57,038 nt of DNA from a virus (lineage: Duplodnaviria; Caudoviricetes), in IMG/VR virus record IMGVR_UViG_3300021197_000748, positions 1 through 57,038 of that record. One strand, 5' to 3'. The translations under genes and the position numbers were made by a program. Shown here in pieces: positions 28,326 through 38,286 of the stretch (position 1 is the stretch's first letter; each line of letters begins with the position of its first letter). The notes below the pieces were generated by a model. The model ran no database searches, was not told where the DNA came from, and saw only the letters and a program-made list of their open reading frames with translations.

Positions 28326-31180
28326 CAGTCGATCCCTTCAATAGCGGCATCGAAGCCGTTGCCTGAGTAGTCCTTGATCACGCCAGTGCTGAGGTCATCA
28401 GCCATGGGGTAATAGAGGCGCATCGTAGCGCCGTCAACAGTGTCCAGCCAAGTCCGCAGGTCGACCGCGGAGTTCATGGCCGTGTGCAGAGTAGCAATCG
28501 CGTCACCTTCGAGAGGGGACGTAAGAGTCCACTCATTCATCGACGTACCACCACCGTAGTAAGTGTTGGAGAAGTCAGCGTTGTACGAGCGCATACCAAT
28601 GAAAGCATCCGAGCCATCACTGAGCCAGTTCACGGGATTGTTACCTGTGTTCGTCTTGGAGCCAACATGTTCACCGTTAATGTGGAACGACCAACCAGAT
28701 TGGGGAACAATATGCCCGTGAGGGAATCGCTCGCCGTCGATCAGAGTACCAGCGCCGGGGCCGTACTCCGGGGAGTTAATGATTGTCTGGTTGTAGACGT
28801 TAGCGCCACCGCTGTTGAGAGCATGCCAGTTCGACAGGAACCGGGTCCAGTTACCAGCGGCATTCATTGCAAGCGACCAGCTATTGCCGGGGTACGCGGC
28901 GTACTGCCACAGGTAGGCACCGTTGTCATCAGGGGTGAAGATCTTGGTGGTTTCGTCATAGAACCCCTTGAGGTCCGTGCGAAGCCACTTCTGAGTACCA
29001 CTCGTACCAAACGTACCATGGCGGGGAAGAACGCTAGCGCTCTTACCAGTCCAGGTGTACGTCATGGCATTGACGCTGCCGTTGTAAGCCTTGTCGTACG
29101 AATCGTACCAGACGTCTGAGCTGGTGTTCCACGTTGCGTCGTGAGAGAACGTCTGCATATATCCGTAGTAGCCAGTGGAAGCGATGTCGAAGGACATCTC
29201 AGCCGTGGTGTACAGGGGATACCGCTTCGAGATCGAGCCATCAAACTGGAACTGCGCCGACACGGAGAAGGCGGAGTTGTCATCCGGGTGGTAAGCCTCA
29301 GCATTGATCGCAGCGCCGGGGATCCGGATGCGGTTGTTCACCGAGTCAAAGTCCACGCCAGACGTATGAGGACCGGGCCAGGTGTCGCCAACCGGAGGGT
29401 TGGGATCATTGACGGCTGCGCCCGAGGGCTGCGGCCAGACCTGATGCCTCTTGGAGAGAATATAAATATCAATACCATTAGTAGCAAAGCCATCAACCAG
29501 CGCTCGAAGGGAGCGACAGATAATGACGCCGTCTACCAGCATTTCCAGGCGGAGGTCACCAGCACCCATGTCCGCGATACGCCACGTCAGGTCGACGTTG
29601 GTGAGATCAGCGGGAGTGTAGTTGCTGCCGGGGGTAACCGGGGTCATGCCACTGGCGTACGACGAGGTACCGATGTACGGTCGAACGTAGCAGTTGTGGC
29701 CGAAGACCTTGGTCGTGTCGGCAGTTCCTTCGACGTAGTAGTTGTAGCCCGAGCCCACATCAGTGTAGACGTAATCCTCGAAGTCCACGGTGTAGCCACC
29801 CTGAGCGTAGAAGAACGCGGCACGGTAGTAGTACGATCCGAAGCTATCGAAGTCCACGCCCTGCAGGGTCACAGCATCACCAGCGCTCTTGAGCGTAGCG
29901 AACTTGACCGTAGCATCGGTGGGCTTAAACGAGCCGCCATTAGCCTGGAGGTTGCCGTTAGGCAGTGCGTCCCAGATAGCGGAGTCAGCATTCATCCAGC
30001 CGTAGCCAGTCTGAGTGCCGTTGTCGTCACCGTAGGAGTAGACGTAAGGAACGTCAGCGACCGGAGCCGCGTCTTCGCCCTTAGCCTCAACCCAGTCAGA
30101 CGTATCACCGTCATAGATCCAGATCGAATCAGTATCATCGTTGATCGCCCACTGCCCAGCCGTAGCGGCGGGGAGCGCAGCCTCGTTGGCGAAGTTGCCC
30201 TTGAAGCTAGCGCTGAACAGGGGGTCGGCCTCAACCACATCAGGGAACTCAGGCACGCCGACGAGATCCATCGTGTGCTTCTGAGTACCGAACTGATAAC
30301 CAACCTCTTCGACCGTGAACTCGTTGTGTCCCTCGGCGAAGCCCGAGCTGGTGGACAGAGCCAGCAGCCAGATGTCTTCGTCAGTTCCCTTGGTTCCGTC
30401 CGAGAAGGAGGTAGACTCAGGGAGCTGGATACGCTGAGCCTCAGCGATCTCAGGGTGGACTGCCGCAGTGTGCTCGGCATCGCCAGTGTAGACGAGGTAT
30501 CGACCGTCAGGCTTGTTCTGGAGAAGCTGACCGGAGTCATCATCCCAGTTGATGCGAGACTTGTACCACGAAGCGTCACCGCTGCCGGTGGGCTTGGTGT
30601 AAGCCTGCATGTAGAAGTAACCGTTCACCAGGTTAACCACGGCCCACATCGTAGCGAGGTTGCCATAGTTGGTTTCGGTGAATACACCGGTGCCTCCGTA
30701 GAAGTACCAGTTGATCTTGTTGTTAGTCGTATTCTTGTAGTACCAGCCGGGGTTCTGCCCGGTGGGGTCAGCTCCGCCAAGCTCCGAGCCAGCAGCGATG
30801 CTGACGTTGGTGCTGAGCAGGGTCTGCCGGGAGTTAGCCGCTGCAGCAATGCTGCGAGGGACTCGATCCCAAGAGGTGCCATTGTACTTAACGATATCGT
30901 GAACGTCAACGTCAAGACCCTCGATCGTACCAGCCACATCAACGAAGAACCAGTCTCCGTTAGCGGGGCTAGGAAGAACGATGCTCGAGTTAAGATTAGC
31001 ATCAAGCGTACCGTTGTAGTTACCGCCGGTCATCCCAAAGTCAAGGACATCCTGACGATACTGAGAGACGGCGAACTTGCATGATTGACCAGTCGACTCA
31101 TCCCATACAAGGAAGTAGTCGCCCGTCGTGAAGTTTGGATTAGTGAGCGTAGGAAGCTCATTCACTGTAATTTTAGACAT
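28325..31180 (-). CDS. Tail fibre/adhesin-like protein with C-terminal LamG-like domain, 951 aa
   Basis: MSKITVNELPTL anchor; two Mtd-N-like modules (YNGTLDA...NGDWFFV...YNGTSW; FKGNFA...GQWAI...YDGDTSDW); FSVSAQF...FHINGE...LYYPM LamG pattern. Confidence 0.65.
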   Translation of the reverse strand: MSKITVNELPTLTNPNFTTGDYFLVWDESTGQSCKFAVSQYRQDVLDFGMTGGNYNGTLDANLNSSIVLPSPANGDWFFVDVAGTIEGLDVDVHDIVKYNGTSWDRVPRSIAAAANSRQTLLSTNVSIAAGSELGGADPTGQNPGWYYKNTTNNKINWYFYGGTGVFTETNYGNLATMWAVVNLVNGYFYMQAYTKPTGSGDASWYKSRINWDDDSGQLLQNKPDGRYLVYTGDAEHTAAVHPEIAEAQRIQLPESTSFSDGTKGTDEDIWLLALSTSSGFAEGHNEFTVEEVGYQFGTQKHTMDLVGVPEFPDVVEADPLFSASFKGNFANEAALPAATAGQWAINDDTDSIWIYDGDTSDWVEAKGEDAAPVADVPYVYSYGDDNGTQTGYGWMNADSAIWDALPNGNLQANGGSFKPTDATVKFATLKSAGDAVTLQGVDFDSFGSYYYRAAFFYAQGGYTVDFEDYVYTDVGSGYNYYVEGTADTTKVFGHNCYVRPYIGTSSYASGMTPVTPGSNYTPADLTNVDLTWRIADMGAGDLRLEMLVDGVIICRSLRALVDGFATNGIDIYILSKRHQVWPQPSGAAVNDPNPPVGDTWPGPHTSGVDFDSVNNRIRIPGAAINAEAYHPDDNSAFSVSAQFQFDGSISKRYPLYTTAEMSFDIASTGYYGYMQTFSHDATWNTSSDVWYDSYDKAYNGSVNAMTYTWTGKSASVLPRHGTFGTSGTQKWLRTDLKGFYDETTKIFTPDDNGAYLWQYAAYPGNSWSLAMNAAGNWTRFLSNWHALNSGGANVYNQTIINSPEYGPGAGTLIDGERFPHGHIVPQSGWSFHINGEHVGSKTNTGNNPVNWLSDGSDAFIGMRSYNADFSNTYYGGGTSMNEWTLTSPLEGDAIATLHTAMNSAVDLRTWLDTVDGATMRLYYPMADDLSTGVIKDYSGNGFDAAIEGID

Positions 31181-31192
31181 CTAGTTTTCCTT

Positions 31193-33211
31193 TCAACCAG
31201 CGCCAAGGCCGGGGAGGTCAAGTACAGGGGGATCAGGCATAGTGCCGGGAGCAGGTCCAGGAGTTCCATTCTCAAGAGCCGCGATACGATCGTTAAGGTT
31301 CGTGAGGAACGGGGTCAGATCATTAATAAGATAATCGTCAAGCGCCTCAATAGCGGTAAACGAATCATCGCTAAGATCCTTAAGCTCTGCAGCAGCCTTG
31401 GTCAGAAGACCTGTCATCGAAAGAGTCTCAAGGGTCTGCGTAGCAGTCGTAGCAGCGGTGCCGCTAGAAGCATCGGTTTCATCCGTGGCTTCTTCAGTAG
31501 GACCAGCAGGCAGCTGGTTATCAACGCCCTTCGCAATGTCCAGACCGACAGCCGCGAGATCCTGAGTAGTGGGACCGTAGTGGTACACACCAGGATTATC
31601 CTTATACTCCCAAGCACCGAGAGTCGAGAGGCTCTGAACCTTGTCGATAACCGAACCGGAAGGATCCTGTCCAGGGACGTAGTCCTTGATAGTCGCATCA
31701 GAGCCTTCGGTCACAGTACCGTCGACCGTAAGGTTACCGCGGAAGTAGGCATTGCCGTCATTGTCGATTTTAGCAATATTCGTTTTCGTCCCGCTAATAA
31801 GCTTCGTAGCAGAGAAGACCTCTCCGCCAATGTCGCCTGGGGACATAACATAGGTATATGTATTTGCATCATCTCGCCACATACTGCGGTTCGAGTGATC
31901 GTTAATGACATAATGATTTTGATAGCTGTCACCTCGGTTCCAGTTCAGTACACGAGAGTAATTCTCACCGGAACTAGACTGCGTAGCACGGGGATCAATA
32001 AGAATCGCCCCGTCTTGACGCCAGGTGGACGTATCAGTGAAGTCGTTACCAGCCTGATAGAACCACTCATAGCCAGAGGCGTTGGTGTTACGGATAACAC
32101 TGCCATCCTGGTTTCGAGTAACGTATGAACCACCGCCGGTGTCAGTACCGGGGATGTTCAGCTGAACGTTGTTGTAAGTACCATTGGTGGTATTGTCGAA
32201 CGTAAGGTTCGGCGGGGTTGCGTCTCCGTTGTCGAGCACATACTTGACAGCTGAGATATCACCAGTAGCTGAGATATCGCCAGTCGCTGAGATATCACCA
32301 CCGCCTTGTTGGGGATGAGACACTGTGGAAATATCACCAGTGAACGTAGTGGTAGGCACACCTCCAGGCTGGTCGTAGTCTTGCTTCTGGGTTACCGACT
32401 CTACAGCGCTTACGCGGCTACCAAGATTGGCATTCTCCGCGAACAGCGGTGCAACGACCTCACCCTGGATATCAAACCATTCGGTGTCACCGTTGGCCGC
32501 ACTTGCCTTGGCAAGCACGAACCCGTCCGCTCCGCCAGTCGGCACAAGGCTTCCGCCTGCGCCAATGACGATATTCGTTCCATCATACTCGAGAATACCG
32601 TTGCCAGCTGGGATGCTGACGTTGCCAATGTCCCAGAGGACGTTACCCGAGAGATCGAGAGGTCCGGTGTTTCCGCCACCACTACCACTACTAGAGGAGC
32701 CACCGCCAGAGAAGGCAGAGAGTTCCTGAGAGGCGTGCAGCAGCTGGGTCGCGCTCGCGTTCAGCATGCCTGACGTAAGTCGAGCGCCCGGCGCAAACGT
32801 GACAACCGCGGAGTTAATATCAGTTGATCGTCGAATAACGATCGGTGTACTCGAGGAGGCGTCAGCCACCTGAGGCCGGTAGTAGATCGTACTTACGCCG
32901 GGAATACTAATCGCAGTATCACCAAGAGGCGAGACCGTGACGGTGTTCTGATCAGTGTCAACAGAGTACAGAGTGCCAGGCAGGACAATAATCGCCTCCT
33001 GAATCTTAGGAGTCAGGCTGGAAACCTCAACCGACGTGCCGCCACCGCCCTGGGTATTATCAGCATACACGATCGTAGGGTTGAATCGAATCTCAACCTG
33101 GCTAGCTTCCGGAAGACTGTCCGAAAGAGGCATGCCACTGTAGCTATAGACGGAGCCATTAGCGTTAGTGACATAGGTGATTTGAATATTCGTTGAATCA
33201 AAAGTGGCCAT
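31193..33211 (-). CDS. Tail fibre with T7 gp17-type N-terminus and S74 intramolecular chaperone
   Basis: IRRSTD...VTFAPGARLTSGMLN...QLLHASQE (gp17 anchor); SDATIK...WEYKD...HYGPTTQDL (S74-like); directly follows tubular B. Confidence 0.85.
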   Translation of the reverse strand: MATFDSTNIQITYVTNANGSVYSYSGMPLSDSLPEASQVEIRFNPTIVYADNTQGGGGTSVEVSSLTPKIQEAIIVLPGTLYSVDTDQNTVTVSPLGDTAISIPGVSTIYYRPQVADASSSTPIVIRRSTDINSAVVTFAPGARLTSGMLNASATQLLHASQELSAFSGGGSSSSGSGGGNTGPLDLSGNVLWDIGNVSIPAGNGILEYDGTNIVIGAGGSLVPTGGADGFVLAKASAANGDTEWFDIQGEVVAPLFAENANLGSRVSAVESVTQKQDYDQPGGVPTTTFTGDISTVSHPQQGGGDISATGDISATGDISAVKYVLDNGDATPPNLTFDNTTNGTYNNVQLNIPGTDTGGGSYVTRNQDGSVIRNTNASGYEWFYQAGNDFTDTSTWRQDGAILIDPRATQSSSGENYSRVLNWNRGDSYQNHYVINDHSNRSMWRDDANTYTYVMSPGDIGGEVFSATKLISGTKTNIAKIDNDGNAYFRGNLTVDGTVTEGSDATIKDYVPGQDPSGSVIDKVQSLSTLGAWEYKDNPGVYHYGPTTQDLAAVGLDIAKGVDNQLPAGPTEEATDETDASSGTAATTATQTLETLSMTGLLTKAAAELKDLSDDSFTAIEALDDYLINDLTPFLTNLNDRIAALENGTPGPAPGTMPDPPVLDLPGLGAG
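32250..32300. repeat. Three tandem 18-bp coding repeats (GDISAT)
   Basis: gctgagatatc(a/g)ccagt x3, encoding GDISATGDISATGDISA. Confidence 0.8.
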
Positions 33212-33233
33212 TGTAGGCTCCTTATGTTAGATG

Positions 33234-33268
33234 TTAAAGCCCCCGATTACCTTTCGATAATCGAAGGC
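33234..33268 (-). terminator. Weak terminator-like hairpin
   Basis: Minus GCCTTCGATTATC-GAAA-GGTAATCGGGGGC then TTTAA. Confidence 0.65.
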
Positions 33269-33283
33269 CAGAGGAGGAGAACA

Positions 33284-36211
33284 CTACAACACGGAGGAAG
33301 AGGTTTGCTTAAACTTACCTCGTATTGTGATGTTCGTAATGTTCATTGGGGTCCAGTAATCACTGGCAATAAAAACGTTTGTCTTGTCTGAGAACCCGAG
33401 GATCTTACTCGTGAGCTCGCCTTGGTACTCGAGATTCGGCACCGAGAGATACGAGTTGACGGACGTGTCAGCCTGACGCGCCGCAAACGAGGTCATGGCA
33501 GTCCGCAGAGCGACGTTGCCGGCTCGATCATTATAGTCTTCGATAATCATCTGAGTAGGCCGTCCGCGCCGCTGGGCGATGACGTCATAGTTGCCGGTAT
33601 CGAAGTGACGAGTAATCATGGACGCGAGATTAAGCACGCCCTCCTGAGGGTTGTTCTCACCATCGCGAACGAACTGCTGACTGAGCTCGGCGTAGGCCGT
33701 GTAGTCAGTACCGATCCAGATACGAGAGCCGTCAGCCGGAGCTTCAGTGATGATCGCATTCTTGACCACGATCTCGGTATAGCCTGAGTTCTGCGTAACA
33801 GTACCCGGCACCAATGTCGCAGAGATGAATGCTGCGTTATCGAAGTCTGGTGAGGTAACGATAGTAAGCTTGTCCTCGTCGTAGCGGTAGGGCACTCGAA
33901 TCGTAGTCTCGCCGGCCGCGGCGTCGAAGTGAGCATTGTAGCCAACAGCGAGGGCCGGGTCGACGATATCAGTGCTATCGAGCGGAGTGTCCTTGAAGTA
34001 CAACGCCACAGACTGGCGGTTGTCAAGTCGAGGAACCTGCTCTTCAGGCTGTCGCATGTTAAGACGTTGAATAGTATATTCATCATCCAGCTTGTTAACC
34101 ATATACAGATCATTCTCCCACACGTTCATAGACAGAGGGTCACCAGTGACCATGTACTCATAGAATGCGTTCTGAAGAACCTGATCACCCTGATAGCGAG
34201 TCGTGTACATCACGAGCCGGCCGGGGATATCAGCGTCTGCGGCGATCATGGTATCCTGAGCGGTAGCAACCGCTACGGCACCGTAGTTTACGGGCAGATA
34301 GTTCGGGCAGTGCTGTGACAGCTCAACGGCCGTCGACAGCGAGCCACCGCGACCAAGGTAAAGATACAGCCTCTGTCTATCGTAGAAGAAGATGTTGTTA
34401 CCAAGAGTACGCGGCTTTACCAGGGGTGCGGTCGAGTAGAACGTCATCGGCTGAAGCTCAGCAGTGAACGGAGTGATCTGGTTCTCAGATCCCATCAGCT
34501 CGTACTGAGTATCAGCATTAGTGTTGACGAACATATACTCGTTAAACGGCACCATGGCGGTGATCGGGGTATACTTGTTAGACGAGGCCGCGATGTCGAT
34601 AGGATCGCTATCGATGATCAGACCGGGATCGTCAAGCCACAGATCAGTGTAGTCACCGGCTCGAGACGAGAACACGACGTCGCTCGCGGAGAACCAGAGG
34701 CGATCTCGGAAGAAGGCCACGGTCTTGAGAGCAGCAGTCTTGCCGTCCTTGAACGGTGATGGTCCAGGGTTAGTCTCGACAGTGCCCGAGGTACGGTGCT
34801 CCCATTCGAGAGTAGACCATTCCCACAGCGTCTTGCCGTTGTCCACGCCTGCGAACTCGAGCTCAACCGGCATGCGGTTAGGATCAAGTACAGAGTAGGC
34901 GTCAGGGGTACGAACCTTCATAGTGTGCGGAGAATCCACAGACTTCATAAGGTAGTAGCCTGGAGGGTTGCCTTGATACCCGGCGTTCACGTAGTAGATC
35001 TTACCTTCAGCACTGTTAGTAGTGCTTGATAGCTCGAGACCATACAGCGCGGCCAACATGTCTTCAGCACCATTGTTACCAGTAGTTACGTCGACCTCCG
35101 GCGGAGGGAACTTGATGTCAGCAAACGTAGGCACGGACTGGCCGTACTGAGGCTTGCTTGAGTCTGGGTAGATCCAGTCTTTGACATTGATTTCGATCGG
35201 AGTACGAGCTGGATCAAGAGCCGGCAGCGGTTCGGTGTAAGACGGTAGAACAAAGTTCGAGTCAGTGGTAGCAACCACAACCCAGTTGCCCTTGTCTCCC
35301 AGCTCTGCATTAGGGGCAACTACGGCCGCAACAGCCTGTAGAATGTAATAATCCACATTAGGAATTGGCCCATTCGAGTGCAGACCGTTGTCGCTGGACG
35401 TTGGCCCGGTGGTATCTGTATGCTGACCAGGCAGCACGAGCACCTCGGTACCACGAGCGTACGAGGAGTATGAGTCCCAGTAGACCGCGATACCCTGAGG
35501 GTCAACCTTGGTAGCCGTGGTGTAGGCAACCTCGAGTCCCTTGGGATCACGAACGTAGTCCTTAGGATCACCAGGATTATTAGTAGTCTTGAACTGACCA
35601 TCGAGCCCGAGCATACACCATTCGGTGTCTCCGACCTCGGTGTCAGCGCCGTCAAGCTTCTCGTCGGCCGTGAACGTGTGGAGGCGGCTAGTGTAGCCAG
35701 CCTGCACCATGGTGTTCAGGAAGACGAGGTTCTGACCCTTGGCTACGAACTCGAGCGGAGTGTCCGGCTCGTACACAAGGTACGCCCAGAGATCCGCATC
35801 GATCGAGCTCTGATCTTCTTGAGTATGATTCTCGAAGATGTCAGTGTTCTGATTAAAGAAGTAAACGTAGAACAGTTTATCTACGCCAGACACAGCAGCC
35901 CTGTCCACGACGATCAGATAGCGAGCGTCGTCAGACAGCGAGTGCCAGAAGAAGTCGGGCTTAGCCGTGGTAGGCAAGCCGAGCTTCTCGAAGTTGTAGT
36001 CGTTGGGGTTTTCACCGTCAAGATTCTGAAGCTTCATAACCTCCACACCGGGTCGCTTTTCCATGGACCGCTCAACGGTCACCATCATATTGGAGAGCTC
36101 CTGTGCTTCGGTAGGCAGACGCTTCGACGGGGCCTGACGGCCAACACCGCCAGAAAGAGTGTTGATAGGAATATTAGTGGACAACATCCGTCCCCGCTGG
36201 TTGTTAATCAT
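33284..36211 (-). CDS. Tail tubular protein B / nozzle (gp12-like)
   Basis: INTLSGGVGRQA, EKRPG, WEHRTSG...NPGPSPF, FFRDRLWF, DSDPIDI; start chosen at the ATGA overlap with tubular A. Confidence 0.92.
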   Translation of the reverse strand: MINNQRGRMLSTNIPINTLSGGVGRQAPSKRLPTEAQELSNMMVTVERSMEKRPGVEVMKLQNLDGENPNDYNFEKLGLPTTAKPDFFWHSLSDDARYLIVVDRAAVSGVDKLFYVYFFNQNTDIFENHTQEDQSSIDADLWAYLVYEPDTPLEFVAKGQNLVFLNTMVQAGYTSRLHTFTADEKLDGADTEVGDTEWCMLGLDGQFKTTNNPGDPKDYVRDPKGLEVAYTTATKVDPQGIAVYWDSYSSYARGTEVLVLPGQHTDTTGPTSSDNGLHSNGPIPNVDYYILQAVAAVVAPNAELGDKGNWVVVATTDSNFVLPSYTEPLPALDPARTPIEINVKDWIYPDSSKPQYGQSVPTFADIKFPPPEVDVTTGNNGAEDMLAALYGLELSSTTNSAEGKIYYVNAGYQGNPPGYYLMKSVDSPHTMKVRTPDAYSVLDPNRMPVELEFAGVDNGKTLWEWSTLEWEHRTSGTVETNPGPSPFKDGKTAALKTVAFFRDRLWFSASDVVFSSRAGDYTDLWLDDPGLIIDSDPIDIAASSNKYTPITAMVPFNEYMFVNTNADTQYELMGSENQITPFTAELQPMTFYSTAPLVKPRTLGNNIFFYDRQRLYLYLGRGGSLSTAVELSQHCPNYLPVNYGAVAVATAQDTMIAADADIPGRLVMYTTRYQGDQVLQNAFYEYMVTGDPLSMNVWENDLYMVNKLDDEYTIQRLNMRQPEEQVPRLDNRQSVALYFKDTPLDSTDIVDPALAVGYNAHFDAAAGETTIRVPYRYDEDKLTIVTSPDFDNAAFISATLVPGTVTQNSGYTEIVVKNAIITEAPADGSRIWIGTDYTAYAELSQQFVRDGENNPQEGVLNLASMITRHFDTGNYDVIAQRRGRPTQMIIEDYNDRAGNVALRTAMTSFAARQADTSVNSYLSVPNLEYQGELTSKILGFSDKTNVFIASDYWTPMNITNITIRGKFKQTSSSVL

Positions 36212-36867
36212 GACGTTGTGCCTCTCCATCGACGGAAGTCGGGCGAGCTCGAGTTGCCGCGGAACACGGCGCGCTGGGTCTGAGCTGAGCTCGAGTCCCA
36301 GATGGTCTTGCGCTTGCTGTCCACGTCACGAGCCTTGCCCTTCATGTTATACATAGCCTCATCCTGAGCGAGGTACGCATCTGCACCTTGGTCACCCTGG
36401 GTCAGCATTTGATATCGACGAGCAGCAGAGGCTACGATTGCTCGCTGCCCAGGCGTATCGATATCTTCCCACTCAACAGACACGATGAGCGTAGCCTTGA
36501 TCTCTTCGGTCGAGTAGGCCGAGAAGTCAGACGTCTGATCGGTCACGTTCCAGAGGTAGAAGGATCCATTATTATTCTTAATGGAGACTCGTACCACATT
36601 GCCTTCGGCATTGGTGAGGAGCGAGTTAAAGTCGAGGCTGATGATGGTTGCCGGAAGTCGGACAAGCCCATCAGCATCGAGAGTAAGAGTCTTGCTGTAT
36701 CGGTTGTTTGCCAGCCCGCGGAACTGGTAGTCGTCCGTGAACTGGTTCAAAAGGTATTCAGCGATGGACGTATCAACGCCACTTTGGTTTTCCAAGTCTG
36801 AGACGATAGCTTCGCCTGCAGCGAGGAGACACTGGTTGACAGCATCAATTCTAGTCATAGCACCCAT
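36208..36867 (-). CDS. Tail tubular protein A (gp11-like)
   Basis: TRIDAVNQCLLAAGEAIVSDL...EWEDI...AARRYQ; follows the capsid gene. Confidence 0.92.
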   Translation of the reverse strand: MGAMTRIDAVNQCLLAAGEAIVSDLENQSGVDTSIAEYLLNQFTDDYQFRGLANNRYSKTLTLDADGLVRLPATIISLDFNSLLTNAEGNVVRVSIKNNNGSFYLWNVTDQTSDFSAYSTEEIKATLIVSVEWEDIDTPGQRAIVASAARRYQMLTQGDQGADAYLAQDEAMYNMKGKARDVDSKRKTIWDSSSAQTQRAVFRGNSSSPDFRRWRGTTS

Positions 36868-36897
36868 GATAGTCTCCTTTCAAATGAGATTAGGGTT

Positions 36898-36929
36898 AAA
36901 AAACCGGTAGCCCCGCTAGGAGCTACCGG
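36898..36929 (-). terminator. Intrinsic terminator (second after capsid)
   Basis: Minus CCGGTAGCTC-CTAGCG-GGGCTACCGG TTTTTT. Confidence 0.85.
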
Positions 36930-36982
36930 CTACGGGGGCGTCATCACCGCTAGATAGCGCGGCGACTGTCATGGAAGACAGC

Positions 36983-37016
36983 ACAAAACCGACGACCCCA
37001 GTTAAGGGGCCGCCGG
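36983..37016 (-). terminator. Intrinsic terminator (first after capsid, T-phi equivalent)
   Basis: Minus CCGGCGGCCCC-TTAACT-GGGGTCGTCGG TTTTGT. Confidence 0.75.
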
Positions 37017-37116
37017 CGTGTAGATCGTTAGATCAGTAGATACACCTGCTCATGTATGATCACCTGCTCTCTGTTTGTAATGAAGTTAAAAACCATCATC
37101 CTTACAGAGAGTAGTG

Positions 37117-38286
37117 TCACGCAGAGACGTACCCGAACTGGCCGGCGCTGGTGTCCAGGAGACCGAGGTAAGTCGAGCGACTAACGACGGCGCCCTTGGC
37201 GTCACCAACGAGAACCTTAGCGAGCTCAGGCTTCAGGATACCGGTACCGGAGAACATCGAAGCCACGGTAAACGTGGTGTTACGACGGATGTCGTCTTCG
37301 GTGTCAACGACGAGGCCAGTCTTGCGGATCGAAGCAACGGCTTCGGAGCAGAAGATGAGGCCACGGACCTTGGCGGTCAAACCATTGACGGTGTAGCGGT
37401 CCTGACCAACGACTTCGCCGTCAGTCACGGGGATGTGGTTGCTCTTGAGGATCGTGACACCCATGTAGGTGAGACGGTCGCTGAGCGAGTTCATGCCCTG
37501 GGTGAACTGAGCACCGAGGCCACCGGCGGCGGCAACGCCACCGAACATCGGCTGCATGTTCATCGCCGTATCCGCGCCGTCGGCAACGCCGAGACGACGG
37601 ATCTGCTGGAAGAGCTTCGGCGGGACAATGCAGTAGCAGCCCTGGACCGGAACGTCGTTCTCCTGGAGCTCGACGCAGAACTCTTCGATGCCTTCGAGAA
37701 CCGCGAGGGCCTCGTCAGCGGTGTTGCCCGAACCGATCGCGAACGGCGCAGCGTAGCTGAGGCCGATACGGGGATCGTCGATGAGCTTATCAACGCCGGC
37801 AGCGCCAGCGAGGAACGCAGCGATCTGCTTGTCTCGCGCGTTGGCGAGGGTCTGACCAGCCTGGCGGGCGAGTTCCTGACGGTACTCCCACTGGGTGATC
37901 ATGAGGTCGATGTTGTCGAGCTCGAAGTGAGCGGCCATCGGTCGCTTGTCGAGTTCCACGGAGAAGGTGGTGGCCTTCGAGTTGTTGTCACCCATGAGGT
38001 ACTCACCAGCGTCCCACGCCGGCTTGAGGCTGACGGTACCCGTGATCGGGAATTCCATCAGACGACCGGAGGAGATGGTCTTCGAGGTGACCATCGGCTC
38101 GAACATGCGGTACTCGTCGTACGCGTGGAGGACTTCGCCGCTCCAGATGGGCAGCCAAAGCTTACCAGCACCGGCAATGCCGGACTGGTCGCCGTCGGGG
38201 GCGACGCCAGGGTTGACGCCAGAGGTGGCGGCAGTGTTATCAATACGGTAAGCCATATCAGTGTTAGTCAGATCGGGGTAAGCCAT
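37117..38286 (-). CDS. Major capsid protein (gp10-like)
   Basis: LWLPIWSGEVLHAY, KTISSGRLMEFPITG, YRQELARQAGQTLANARDKQI, MGVTILKSNHIP, GTGILKPE; AAGGAG RBS. Confidence 0.97.
   Translation of the reverse strand: MAYPDLTNTDMAYRIDNTAATSGVNPGVAPDGDQSGIAGAGKLWLPIWSGEVLHAYDEYRMFEPMVTSKTISSGRLMEFPITGTVSLKPAWDAGEYLMGDNNSKATTFSVELDKRPMAAHFELDNIDLMITQWEYRQELARQAGQTLANARDKQIAAFLAGAAGVDKLIDDPRIGLSYAAPFAIGSGNTADEALAVLEGIEEFCVELQENDVPVQGCYCIVPPKLFQQIRRLGVADGADTAMNMQPMFGGVAAAGGLGAQFTQGMNSLSDRLTYMGVTILKSNHIPVTDGEVVGQDRYTVNGLTAKVRGLIFCSEAVASIRKTGLVVDTEDDIRRNTTFTVASMFSGTGILKPELAKVLVGDAKGAVVSRSTYLGLLDTSAGQFGYVSA

Noticed and set aside
29141-31084. 647-aa plus-strand ORF and the adjacent 28484-29119 and 31085-32128 ORFs
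   Set aside because: Antisense shadows of codon-biased fibre genes; Val/Arg-rich with no motifs or RBS.
37099-37140. T7 10B-style capsid extension by frameshift or read-through
   Set aside because: No clear slippery site, and read-through hits TAA after four codons.
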